Assembly: GCA_028716965.1 (NCBI GenBank)
Contig: JAQUOV010000002.1
Coordinates: forward strand, 2,113 to 66,112
Origin: Candidatus Omnitrophota bacterium
Lineage (GTDB): Bacteria; Omnitrophota; Gorgyraeia; Gygaellales; Profunditerraquicolaceae
Direction: 5' to 3'
DNA: 64,000 nt
The notes beneath the pieces were generated by a model. It was given only the letters and a program-made list of their open reading frames with translations, did not search any database and was not told where the DNA came from. Within the stretch, counting starts at the first letter, position 1. Each line of letters opens with the position of its first letter. The position numbers and the translations under genes were made by a program. Positions 29,195-38,480 of the stretch are shown here, one piece after another.

Positions 29195-30239
29195 CTTTAT
29201 ATATCACGACACTCGGATCAGCGCAAATTTTCCAATCAGAAAAAGTAAAGGAGCATATCTTTTCCATATATTTAATATTTTAATGCCTCGGTCCTTAAAT
29301 CCCAATAATAGTAAAAAGACTGGTACTATACAGGTTGATACTGATGGCCTATGGGTCATCTTTCAGCATTTTTGCCTTACATATGATCAAGAGAAAGATA
29401 TACTCTATGAATCGGCGATTCCCCGCTTCCTGGATTTATTTGATTACTATAATATTAAAGCCACATTCTTCGTGGTAGGCAAAGACCTCCTTTACCCTGA
29501 AAGGCTTCTCTTACTCAGAGAGGTGGTTAAGAGAGGCCATGAGATCGCCAACCACTCTATGACACATGCAGAAGGATTTTCATTTCTGCCCTATAAGAAG
29601 AAATTACGTGAAATAGTAGATGCCGAAACTATAATACAGGATAAGCTTGGTGTATTAACCAAGGGGTTTCGCACCCCATCTAACGACGTAGATAGTGATG
29701 TGCTGAATATCCTGGAAGACAGGGGCTACGCATATGATTCCTCAATCATGCCGACCTATTACGGACCGCTACTTAAACGCCTGAAATTTTCTTTTTTGGA
29801 AATTAATCATAAAAACCGTTATTTGGGTAGATTTATATATGGCCTGGCCCCGCTTGCACCATATCATCCACACAAAGAAAGATTATGGAAAAAAGGATGC
29901 ATGGGAATTATTGAGCTCCCTATTACCACTATGCCATGGCTACGCCTGCCTTTTCACGCCAGCTTTACGTTCGCGGCATATCAAATGGGCTTCGGCAGCG
30001 CCCTATTTGACCTGGGATACACACTGCTAAAGAAAACCTCCTGCCCCTTAAATTTTGTATTTCATACAAATGAACTTTCCGACCCCATATCAAACCGGAG
30101 GATTAAACGGCAATATGGACTTAATATTGCTTTAAATAAAAAATATGCACTATGTAACCATATGTTAAGCGTCATCAACAAGGATTATAAAATAATCACT
30201 TCCCTTGAATACACAAATCTATTGCAAAATAGTAAATGA
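29172..30239 (+). CDS. Polysaccharide deacetylase (CE4/NodB-homology domain)
   Basis: ATFFVVGKDL is the TFDDG-equivalent block and NHSMTHA is the H-S-x-x-H motif. The track start is a TTG; the real start may be the ATG at 29283 (M38), given the promoter-like hexamers at 29165-29194. Confidence 0.55.
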   Translation: MDAWRGIIFIYHDTRISANFPIRKSKGAYLFHIFNILMPRSLNPNNSKKTGTIQVDTDGLWVIFQHFCLTYDQEKDILYESAIPRFLDLFDYYNIKATFFVVGKDLLYPERLLLLREVVKRGHEIANHSMTHAEGFSFLPYKKKLREIVDAETIIQDKLGVLTKGFRTPSNDVDSDVLNILEDRGYAYDSSIMPTYYGPLLKRLKFSFLEINHKNRYLGRFIYGLAPLAPYHPHKERLWKKGCMGIIELPITTMPWLRLPFHASFTFAAYQMGFGSALFDLGYTLLKKTSCPLNFVFHTNELSDPISNRRIKRQYGLNIALNKKYALCNHMLSVINKDYKIITSLEYTNLLQNSK

Positions 30240-30964
30240 CAAATACAATGCTACCAATGGAAAATAAACAGGTATCCCTCATGTTCTCCGGTGGGCTGGA
30301 TTCAACGGCAGCCGCACTTAACCTTGCTCAAGAATACCATAAGGTCCACCTTCTAACGTATTATAACGGTTATGGCCATTTGTATATCAAAAACAGCGCC
30401 CGGCGGGCAGAAGAATTATCCAAAATGGTAAAAGATAAATTTACGCACAACATCATATCTATTGAAGAGCTCTTTAAGAAAATGGTTATTGATAAGCTTA
30501 CAGAAGATTACAAGGAATATAAATCTGGGTTCATCTGGTGCCTGGGATGTAAAATGTGCATGCATACCAGAAGTATCATCTATAACTTGGATAACAATAT
30601 TGGTCTCATGGCTGACGGCTCATCAGAAGACTCCGACGAAATGGTCGAGCAAACGGCTCTTAGTATTTCCTTAATCGCGATGCTCTATGAGGCATACAAG
30701 ATAAGTTATTTTGTTCCGGTTTACAAACGAACCCGTAAAGAAAAAATAAAGACCCTAAAAGCAATGAATTTTCGTATGGGCCTGCAAATCGGTGACAGGT
30801 TTTTAGGGATACAACCAAAATGTATCCCCGGCGAACTATATTATATGCCGTATCTTTTATTCAATAAAGCCATGAAACACGAAAAACCCTCAGTGGCTAA
30901 ATTCATCAAAGATAAGCATGGATTGGCCGAACAATATATTAAGGAGCATCTTAAGAATGGATAG
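30236..30964 (+). CDS. PP-loop superfamily ATP pyrophosphatase (QueC/ExsB-like adenylating enzyme)
   Basis: An N-terminal SGGLDST PP-loop motif (LMFSGGLDSTAAALNL) and a Cys cluster WCLGCKMCMH. 4-bp overlap with the deacetylase gene. Confidence 0.5.
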   Translation: MTNTMLPMENKQVSLMFSGGLDSTAAALNLAQEYHKVHLLTYYNGYGHLYIKNSARRAEELSKMVKDKFTHNIISIEELFKKMVIDKLTEDYKEYKSGFIWCLGCKMCMHTRSIIYNLDNNIGLMADGSSEDSDEMVEQTALSISLIAMLYEAYKISYFVPVYKRTRKEKIKTLKAMNFRMGLQIGDRFLGIQPKCIPGELYYMPYLLFNKAMKHEKPSVAKFIKDKHGLAEQYIKEHLKNG

Positions 30965-31203
30965 GGGTTGCAACGGTAAGAATGCTTATAAACCGATATC
31001 AAAAACCAGGTATTACCTGGGGCTGACAATATTTTATCTTCTTCATCTTAATCTTAAACTGACCATGTTCCTAAGGCATTATTTTATCAAAAAATACCCG
31101 GAATACAAAATTCTTAAAGATTTTCATGATGCGTATTTTTCGCAAATGCTTCAAGAAATAAGAAAAGGCGAGGGAATACGTACCAACAATAGTCAGGCGA
31201 TCC

Positions 31204-32679
31204 ATGAAAACCAAACATAAATCATTAATTTTAGCTAGTTTTTTTATTTTCGTATTCCTAAACTATCTATCCAGATTCGAAGGACCGGCTAGCGGTTACT
31301 GGGATACTTATATTACCGCGCCCGCATTTTTTATCACCAACCACCACATAAATTTTGTCTCAAAAGACGGCCAAAACCTTTATAATTACATGTTACCCGG
31401 TAAAATCCCCCAGAATCTTGTCGCAAAAGACACTTACGGCGTAATCTCCAAAGACCAGCGCATCGGCACGGGCATTATGTTCGCCCCCTGGTTCCTTTTC
31501 TTTAAACTTTTTGGCTTTCGCTTATTATTTGCTTTCATTGGCCTACTAATCGCTGTATTCACCTACTTAACTCTCAGGTATCTTGGGCTTAGATCCCCAA
31601 TCTGCCTGTTCGGAGCTCTTGCCGCAACTTTAAACCCTTATATGCTTTCATTAAATAAACTGAACCCGAATGTTGCAGGAATGATGTTTATCTCCATTAT
31701 CATTTATTTAATCCTGTCAAAGAAAACCAGTTGGTTATTAATAGGATTAATTTACGGAATTTTCGGAGGGGTGCGTAATGAGGGTATTTTATTTATACCG
31801 GCAATAACCTATTTTTTATACATATCTTCCAACAGAAAGATCAGAGACGCCCTGTTATTTTTTTGTGGAGCATTTACCACTATAATTCCAATGCTCTACT
31901 GGAATTATTTCGCCTTTGGGAATATGTTTATGCATCCGACACAATTCAGTGGGCTTGAAGGATTCCGCCCCACATTCCAGCATAGATTTCTTTTCTGGAA
32001 ATTTAGTTTTAACGGAATGCTCAATTGGCCATTATATACTCAGATTGTGCGTACCCCTTATTTTGCTTTTCCCGTTTTTCTTCTTTTGCCCCTGATTTTG
32101 ATAAACTCTTTTGGCGTTATTCTTTCTGCGCTTGCGGTTAACGGAGCTGTCCGGTTTTTCAAAGAAAAACGCCGATTATTTATATTCTTAATGCTCTGGT
32201 TTTTGCCGATGTATATTCTGTTGTCAGCTATGGAAAACTGGAGCGAACTTAAAACTACCTTTTTATTGTTATGTATAAGCCCCATAATCATCTGCATTTC
32301 TTTCGGGCTTGAGGAATTGACAAAGAAGATTTCTTCTCCAAGATACATTATCCGTACCGCCTCTCTGGCGGCCATTATCTGGGGGGCTGTTCGTCTTTTA
32401 ATTTTTACGGATTTCCAGGCTGACCCCCGATGGTACTTGCGTTTCCCAAGGGTACTGCAAAAAGGAGAAATATCTTTTATCGGGGATGACTTGAGGACAA
32501 GGCCTGAGGACCCAAAAGAGATTTTAGCGCAAAAAAAAGCTCTTACCAGCGCGAAGATAATTCCACCAATACCATGGCAGAAAATCGATTTCTATTATTT
32601 AGCAAAGAAAGTAAGTTCTGAGCTTAACCAAGATAATTTAACTACTATAGATTTCTGGAGATATATTTATGAACATTAA
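31204..32679 (+). CDS. Polytopic integral membrane protein, possibly a GT-C-like glycosyltransferase or polymerase
   Basis: 491 aa with at least 10 hydrophobic helices. No diagnostic soluble-domain motif was recognised. Confidence 0.35.
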   Translation: MKTKHKSLILASFFIFVFLNYLSRFEGPASGYWDTYITAPAFFITNHHINFVSKDGQNLYNYMLPGKIPQNLVAKDTYGVISKDQRIGTGIMFAPWFLFFKLFGFRLLFAFIGLLIAVFTYLTLRYLGLRSPICLFGALAATLNPYMLSLNKLNPNVAGMMFISIIIYLILSKKTSWLLIGLIYGIFGGVRNEGILFIPAITYFLYISSNRKIRDALLFFCGAFTTIIPMLYWNYFAFGNMFMHPTQFSGLEGFRPTFQHRFLFWKFSFNGMLNWPLYTQIVRTPYFAFPVFLLLPLILINSFGVILSALAVNGAVRFFKEKRRLFIFLMLWFLPMYILLSAMENWSELKTTFLLLCISPIIICISFGLEELTKKISSPRYIIRTASLAAIIWGAVRLLIFTDFQADPRWYLRFPRVLQKGEISFIGDDLRTRPEDPKEILAQKKALTSAKIIPPIPWQKIDFYYLAKKVSSELNQDNLTTIDFWRYIYEH

Positions 32680-32685
32680 TAAAAG

Positions 32686-32952
32686 ATGAGCCACTTGCTA
32701 TATTTATTTTTCATCCTTATTTATATCTTTTTCTTTCCCGGATATATCCTGGCGCTTTTATTCTGTAAGAAGCTTGGCGTTCTGGAGTATTTAGCGCTGG
32801 GGCTGGGATTAAGCATCATCGTGATCCCTCTGGTATCGTTTAGCGTAGCCATATTACTAGGAACATTCGTTAAAGAAACCATTGTCTTTGGCATTGCTAC
32901 TGCGATTAATCTTACAGGCTTAATCAGGTTTTTATCGAAGAAATTTAAATAA
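32686..32952 (+). CDS. Small hydrophobic membrane protein (3 predicted TM helices)
   Basis: 88 aa, very hydrophobic. It lies between the membrane protein and the carbamoyltransferase on the same strand with 6-bp and 2-bp gaps. Confidence 0.3.
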   Translation: MSHLLYLFFILIYIFFFPGYILALLFCKKLGVLEYLALGLGLSIIVIPLVSFSVAILLGTFVKETIVFGIATAINLTGLIRFLSKKFK

Positions 32953-32954
32953 AT

Positions 32955-34616
32955 ATGCATATCCTTACTTTACATGAAGACACTAATGCTAATATAACCC
33001 TTTTTAAAGATACGCAGATACTCTTCTCGGTTGCTGAAGAGCGCTTAAGCCGCGTAAAATACAAAGGAGGATTTCCTGTAAAAAGCCTGAATATGGCACT
33101 TGATAAACACGGATTATCGCTTAAAGATATCAGGTTAATCATCTGCGGGAACAAATATCATTTCCTCCCCAGAATCCTTTGGGATAAGTTCCCTTCTTAT
33201 GAACATTCCTTTTTAGGCACCGCGCAGAAAATATCCGTATATTACCAGCACGCCTTGTTTAAAAATAAATTTTTACGAAAGAGCGTTGAAAGTTTCAATA
33301 AGTTCATGCTCAAAAATAAGCTCAATAAGCCTGTCGCTCTTACAGATCACCATACTGCCCATGCTTATTCCGCTTATCTGACATCAGGATTTGATAAAGC
33401 AGTAACGATCACTACCGATAATTTTGGAGATGGCCTCTCCTGCGCTGTTTTTACCTGCGAAAACGGCATCTGCCGCTTACTTTATGGCTCATCCGCGCTT
33501 TATTCGCCAGGGCAATTTTACGGGGAGATCGCTCAAACGCTAGGTTTCCATCCGCTGCTAGCAGGAAAAATGACCGGATTGGCTGGATACGGAGACCCGC
33601 AGGCTGCCTACGATTTAATGAAAGGCCTGTTTGCTTTAAGTAAAGATAAAAAAGACTTTAAGCTGCCTGCGCTTATCTGGAAATTCCCCGGCCAAGGAAT
33701 ATACCGTAAGCTGCGCAAATATAAAAAAGAGGATATTGCCGCCGCTGCCCAAAGATTGTTTGAAGAGGTCATGCTGGATTATGTTGTAGAAACTGTTAAA
33801 AATACAGGGGTCTCTTCTCTTGCCCTTGCCGGCGGAGTATTTGGTAACGTCAGGTTAAATCAGAAAATCTCAGAGCTAAAAGAAATAAAGGAAGTTTTTA
33901 TTCATCCCGGGATGAGCGATCAAGGGATAAGCTTAGGCGTAGGATTAAAATACCTGGCAGAAAATCTGGGATTAAAGCCGTTTAAACTTAAAGATGTATA
34001 CTGGGGTGCTGAATACAGTAGCGAAGAAATAAAAGAAGCCCTTAAAAAAGAACGGGTAAATTATGAATACGTTGAGAATATTGAAAGTGCGGCGGCTAAA
34101 CTTTTAAGTGCAGGTAAAACAGTAGCCAGGTTTAATGGTAGAATGGAATACGGCCCGCGGGCGCTGGGGAACAGAAGTATTCTTTATCAAACTACCGACC
34201 CAAAAGTAAATGACTGGCTAAACAAAAAATTAAACCGCGCGGAATTCATGCCTTTTGCTCCTGTGACTTTAGAAGAATACGCGGAAAAATGTTATAAAAA
34301 CACCGAAAAAGTAAAACACAACATGAAGTTCATGACTATTTCAATCTACTGCACTGAATGGATGAAGAGTATATCACCTGCAGTAGTGCATGTAGACGGA
34401 ACAGCCCGGCCGCAAATTATAAACGAAGATGATAACCAAAGTTATTATAATATTCTAAAGGAATACCACAGAATAACCGGAATACCCAGTCTTATTAATA
34501 CCAGCTTTAACATGCATGAAGAACCTATTGTTTCCAGCCCTGATGACGCCATCAGGGCATTTAGAGCCGCAAAACTGGATTATCTGGCAATAGGAAACTA
34601 TCTTATAAGCCAGTAA
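32955..34616 (+). CDS. NodU/CmcH-family carbamoyltransferase
   Basis: N-terminal Kae1-like fold with DHHTAHAYSAY. The C-terminal motif NGRMEYGPRALGNRSIL...AEFMPFAPV marks the Carbam_trans_C/YrdC-like domain. Confidence 0.8.
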   Translation: MHILTLHEDTNANITLFKDTQILFSVAEERLSRVKYKGGFPVKSLNMALDKHGLSLKDIRLIICGNKYHFLPRILWDKFPSYEHSFLGTAQKISVYYQHALFKNKFLRKSVESFNKFMLKNKLNKPVALTDHHTAHAYSAYLTSGFDKAVTITTDNFGDGLSCAVFTCENGICRLLYGSSALYSPGQFYGEIAQTLGFHPLLAGKMTGLAGYGDPQAAYDLMKGLFALSKDKKDFKLPALIWKFPGQGIYRKLRKYKKEDIAAAAQRLFEEVMLDYVVETVKNTGVSSLALAGGVFGNVRLNQKISELKEIKEVFIHPGMSDQGISLGVGLKYLAENLGLKPFKLKDVYWGAEYSSEEIKEALKKERVNYEYVENIESAAAKLLSAGKTVARFNGRMEYGPRALGNRSILYQTTDPKVNDWLNKKLNRAEFMPFAPVTLEEYAEKCYKNTEKVKHNMKFMTISIYCTEWMKSISPAVVHVDGTARPQIINEDDNQSYYNILKEYHRITGIPSLINTSFNMHEEPIVSSPDDAIRAFRAAKLDYLAIGNYLISQ

Positions 34617-34629
34617 TATCCCCTTGCCG

Positions 34630-36033
34630 TTATTTATCAATATTTGAGATAACCTTCAGTAATGATTTAAAACAGTTTAGATAATCCGGGTGGATTCTGG
34701 TTATAAAAAAATAAAATAATTCAGAGAGTTTAGAGATCCGGAAATAGAAGCGCTTAACGATATCCTTTCGTAAAACAGATAGCTCTTCGCTAGTAATATC
34801 GTCATTAAGGACAATTGGTTTTCTTAAGAACACATAGTCATCCCAATTATCCGAAAGAATACGATTGCTCTGGAGACAATCTTGATATAATGCAGAACCC
34901 GGCAAGGGAGTAGCAAAGGATAACTGCAAGATATGCGGATTAAAATCAAATATCTTTTCTTTAGTTTCCTCTATTGATGCTTTTGTATCCCCCGGGAAAC
35001 CGATAATTGCATACCCCATGGCAACTATCCCGTTGCGTTTGATACGCTGGATAGCTTCTTTTATCTGGGACTCAGTTATATCCTTCTGTAATAACGCCAG
35101 CTTCCTGTTGCTGCCACTTTCAATGCCAATCCCAATCTGTATACAGCCGGCGCGCTTCATAAGTGAAACCAACCGCTCATTTAACATATCTACCCTTGTA
35201 TTAGATGCCCAACGAATCCTTCTATGCAAACCTCTTTGTATTATGCCATCGCATATTTCTTCTACAAATTCACGTTTTACCGTAAAGGTATGGTCAATAA
35301 TTGCAAAATATTTTATTCCTAATTTCGTAACACATTCTTGTATCTCATCCACTACGCGCGAGGGGTTCCGTGCGCGGTACTGCCGGCCGTTAATCAGGTG
35401 GCTGTCACAGAATATACACTGACCTGGACATCCCCGTGTTGCCTGAAGAGCGGTTACCCCGGAAGAATATGGTGAAAAATATAAGCTGTTAGGTAATAAA
35501 TCTCTGGCGGGAAATGGCAAAGAATCTAATTCTTTTAAAAGATCCCTGGCTTCTGTATTAAATATCTGGCCTTTTAATCGGTAATAGATACCTTTTACTG
35601 AAGATAACTGTTTCTTTTCAGCAAATGATTTGATAATTTCAAACACCGTAATCTCAGGCTCTCCGAAAACTACGATATCAAGTCCGGGGATAAAACGGAG
35701 AGTTGCTTCCGGAAAGGCAGAACCATGATGGCCGATAAGGATTATAGTTATCTTTTTATCTTGCAAGGCTTCACAGAGATACTTCACCGCATTAATAGAA
35801 TGCGTGGCTGCGGTAAGAATAAGTACGTCCGCATCTAGATCTTTAATACGCTTAAGCTGCGTTTCTGAATTAAGCCGCAAGGCGTTGGCGTCAAGGATAA
35901 CAATACTCGCTTCCGGAATATGCGTTCTCACCACGGCTGCGCAATACGCAAGGTCCAATGGGGGGATTACCGTTATTAAAGAGGTATATTCTACCCTTTC
36001 CTGATAAAATGTATTAGAGAAGATTATCTTCAT
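34630..36033 (-). CDS. B12-binding radical SAM protein
   Basis: B12-binding-like N-terminus followed by CPGQCIFC at about residue 192. Confidence 0.7.
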   Translation of the reverse strand: MKIIFSNTFYQERVEYTSLITVIPPLDLAYCAAVVRTHIPEASIVILDANALRLNSETQLKRIKDLDADVLILTAATHSINAVKYLCEALQDKKITIILIGHHGSAFPEATLRFIPGLDIVVFGEPEITVFEIIKSFAEKKQLSSVKGIYYRLKGQIFNTEARDLLKELDSLPFPARDLLPNSLYFSPYSSGVTALQATRGCPGQCIFCDSHLINGRQYRARNPSRVVDEIQECVTKLGIKYFAIIDHTFTVKREFVEEICDGIIQRGLHRRIRWASNTRVDMLNERLVSLMKRAGCIQIGIGIESGSNRKLALLQKDITESQIKEAIQRIKRNGIVAMGYAIIGFPGDTKASIEETKEKIFDFNPHILQLSFATPLPGSALYQDCLQSNRILSDNWDDYVFLRKPIVLNDDITSEELSVLRKDIVKRFYFRISKLSELFYFFITRIHPDYLNCFKSLLKVISNIDK

Positions 36034-36036
36034 TTT

Positions 36037-37107
36037 TTATGCCAGACAGAGGGATGAAACCCAGCTTGGCGTAATCTCGCATCCCAGCCAACAGGCACCG
36101 CAATTTTTAACTTTACTGATTTTTTCTTTAGTTTTCTGCTTTTTTAATATTTCGCTATAGCTTTCCACTCTGATATTTCCAAGCGCTTCGGTATCATAAC
36201 TGCATGTCACTATATCGCCATTCGGATTAAGCCTAAAGTGGGAAAATAGATTCATACAGCGATGATACATCTTATTCTTATTATACAGCAGGTTGAGCTG
36301 CCCTCTTAGATAGTGGTTAATAGTGATCTTTTCTATCCAAGCGGAAGAATTGTTCCATTTGACTTTACCGGGATAATCCTCCTTTATAAGCTGCTCACTT
36401 ACAAACTCTTTTGCTTCTTGGCTTAAATCAACCAACGAGTAATCATTTCTTCCGTTATTTGAATAAAGCGCGCGCTGTTTTAAGCCCACAAAACCAAAAT
36501 ACGCGGCGTTAAAATCATGCGCTATTTTCTTAACCTCGGGAATACTTTGATAATTATCTTCATAGATAGTCTGGTTTACCCCTATAAAAATATCTTCTTT
36601 TTTAAAAACACTACGTAACTTCTGCAGCGTATCAACGGCTTTCCTAAAACTCCCCCCCCTACCTCTGAGTTTATCGTGTTTTTCGTCTATATCGTCTATA
36701 CTTACCTTGATATCAAAACGAAGCCCCTTGGATTTTAAGAACCTTAGCGTGTCTCTTATTCTATCCGTCAGAAAGCCGTTGGTCGTGATATGAAATAGCC
36801 GCGCGTTTGTTTTTTTCTTAAACTCAAGGAGGATCTGCTCGAAATCATCTTTCAGGAACGGCTCTCCTCCTGAGATTATAATGGCCTCAAGCTTACTTAA
36901 TTTCTTATCTTCCAGGAAACCCGATATTTCTAAAGAAGTCAACTCTTCTTTTGCATAGTTATCCTTAAGCCTGGAGACACCGCAATATTTACAATCGAGA
37001 TTACAGCGAAAGGTCAAGGAATAATTCACTAAAAACGGCGCAGATGGGATATTTAAGACTCTCCGCAAATTATCCAGAAGGAACCTTGCAGGATACTGTA
37101 TCATCAT
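36037..37107 (-). CDS. Radical SAM protein with a twitch/SPASM-like C-terminus
   Basis: CNLDCKYCG and the C-terminal Cys CGACWLGCEI. The start was moved to the ATG pair M17/M18 to remove a 52-bp overlap. Confidence 0.6.
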   Translation of the reverse strand: MMIQYPARFLLDNLRRVLNIPSAPFLVNYSLTFRCNLDCKYCGVSRLKDNYAKEELTSLEISGFLEDKKLSKLEAIIISGGEPFLKDDFEQILLEFKKKTNARLFHITTNGFLTDRIRDTLRFLKSKGLRFDIKVSIDDIDEKHDKLRGRGGSFRKAVDTLQKLRSVFKKEDIFIGVNQTIYEDNYQSIPEVKKIAHDFNAAYFGFVGLKQRALYSNNGRNDYSLVDLSQEAKEFVSEQLIKEDYPGKVKWNNSSAWIEKITINHYLRGQLNLLYNKNKMYHRCMNLFSHFRLNPNGDIVTCSYDTEALGNIRVESYSEILKKQKTKEKISKVKNCGACWLGCEITPSWVSSLCLA

Positions 37108-38480
37108 ATCAGCTTTCTCGCAAAAAAATACTTTAGCAACATCAAAAATCTCCACGGGCGGATATAAAACAAAAAGAACGCCAAAAGTCTATAGAGTTCA
37201 ATTTCAAAGTTGTTAAGATGATTATAGGCAACAATCCCGGAAATGCCGTGAAAATAATCCCTCCAATTCCTATTGTTATATTTCCCGAAATACGCCGTAC
37301 CTGGGTATGGAGTTAAGGAATAAAATACGGCAAAGTCAAGTTTTGAATGTATAGCTTTTATTATAGTTCTCCATATGGTCTTTCTGGTTTCCCCTTCAAG
37401 ACCAAAAATAAAATAACCGTATGTCAAAATCCCGTATTTTTTAAGAAGGTTAATCCCTTGCTCAATTTGCCCTTGCATCAAAAACTTATTATTTTTCCTT
37501 AAAATCTCTTCTTCAAAAGTCTCAATCCCCAAAGAAACAAGGATACAGCCTGAATTTTTCATTAAAGAAATACTTTCTTCATCAAGCAAATCCAGCCTGC
37601 TATTAGATACCCACTGAATATGCAGGCCGTTTGAAATAATACCGGAGGTTAGTTTCTTTACAAATTCCCTGTTTCCGTTAAATGTATCGGATAAAAACAG
37701 GAAATTATCAATACCCTGCGTAAGTTTAACCTGCTTTATCTCTTCGATTATATTTTCCGGAGATCGCCCTCTCCACCCTCTGCCGTAATAAACTCCAGAG
37801 GTACAAAAGGAACAAGAAGAATCACAGCCCCTGGAAGTTTTAATCACGGTGAACCTCTTGTTGGTCAATGATAACCTGTACTTTTCGTTATCTATAAGCG
37901 ACCGGTCAGGGAAAAAAGTATAATCATAATTTTCAAGCGGGAGCCTTCTTTTGTTAATATGCGACTGCCCATTAGACTTGTACCCTAACCCTGTTATCTG
38001 GGATAAATCAATACTATCATCTAAATGGTAGCCGACTAAATCACAGATAATATCCTCCGGCTCACCTAAGACTGCGTAATCTACCGCCTCGTTTTTTAAA
38101 AGCTCCTCAGGCATAGTTGTCGCGGACAAACCGATAAAGACGGTCTTTAAAGCCGGAAGCCTGATTTTAAGCGAAGAGGAAAAAATCAAATCATCAACGA
38201 TAGTCGGGACGGTAGACTGAAGAATAACCATATCCGGCGATTTCACGGTGATATGTTCAATAAGATCTCCAAATGATAACGCCTTTGTTTCCCCGTCAAT
38301 AACCTCAGTATTCAAAAATCCTCTTTTTCTTAATTTAGCCGCGATCTCAAGGAGAGTTATCGGCGGCCAAAGACCTACTGGGGATAAAACTTTCTGCTGA
38401 CAGCGCCCTACCCGTAAAACTCTGGTTTTATTAATAGTTAACGGGTTAACTAAAATCAATTTCATCGCACTTTGTTCCAT
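37104..38480 (-). CDS. B12-binding radical SAM protein
   Basis: CDSSCSFC at about residue 220 after a B12-binding-like domain. The likely real start is M6 (38465), which forms an ATGA overlap with the upstream carbamoyltransferase stop. Confidence 0.7.
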   Translation of the reverse strand: MEQSAMKLILVNPLTINKTRVLRVGRCQQKVLSPVGLWPPITLLEIAAKLRKRGFLNTEVIDGETKALSFGDLIEHITVKSPDMVILQSTVPTIVDDLIFSSSLKIRLPALKTVFIGLSATTMPEELLKNEAVDYAVLGEPEDIICDLVGYHLDDSIDLSQITGLGYKSNGQSHINKRRLPLENYDYTFFPDRSLIDNEKYRLSLTNKRFTVIKTSRGCDSSCSFCTSGVYYGRGWRGRSPENIIEEIKQVKLTQGIDNFLFLSDTFNGNREFVKKLTSGIISNGLHIQWVSNSRLDLLDEESISLMKNSGCILVSLGIETFEEEILRKNNKFLMQGQIEQGINLLKKYGILTYGYFIFGLEGETRKTIWRTIIKAIHSKLDFAVFYSLTPYPGTAYFGKYNNRNWRDYFHGISGIVAYNHLNNFEIELYRLLAFFLFYIRPWRFLMLLKYFFARKLI

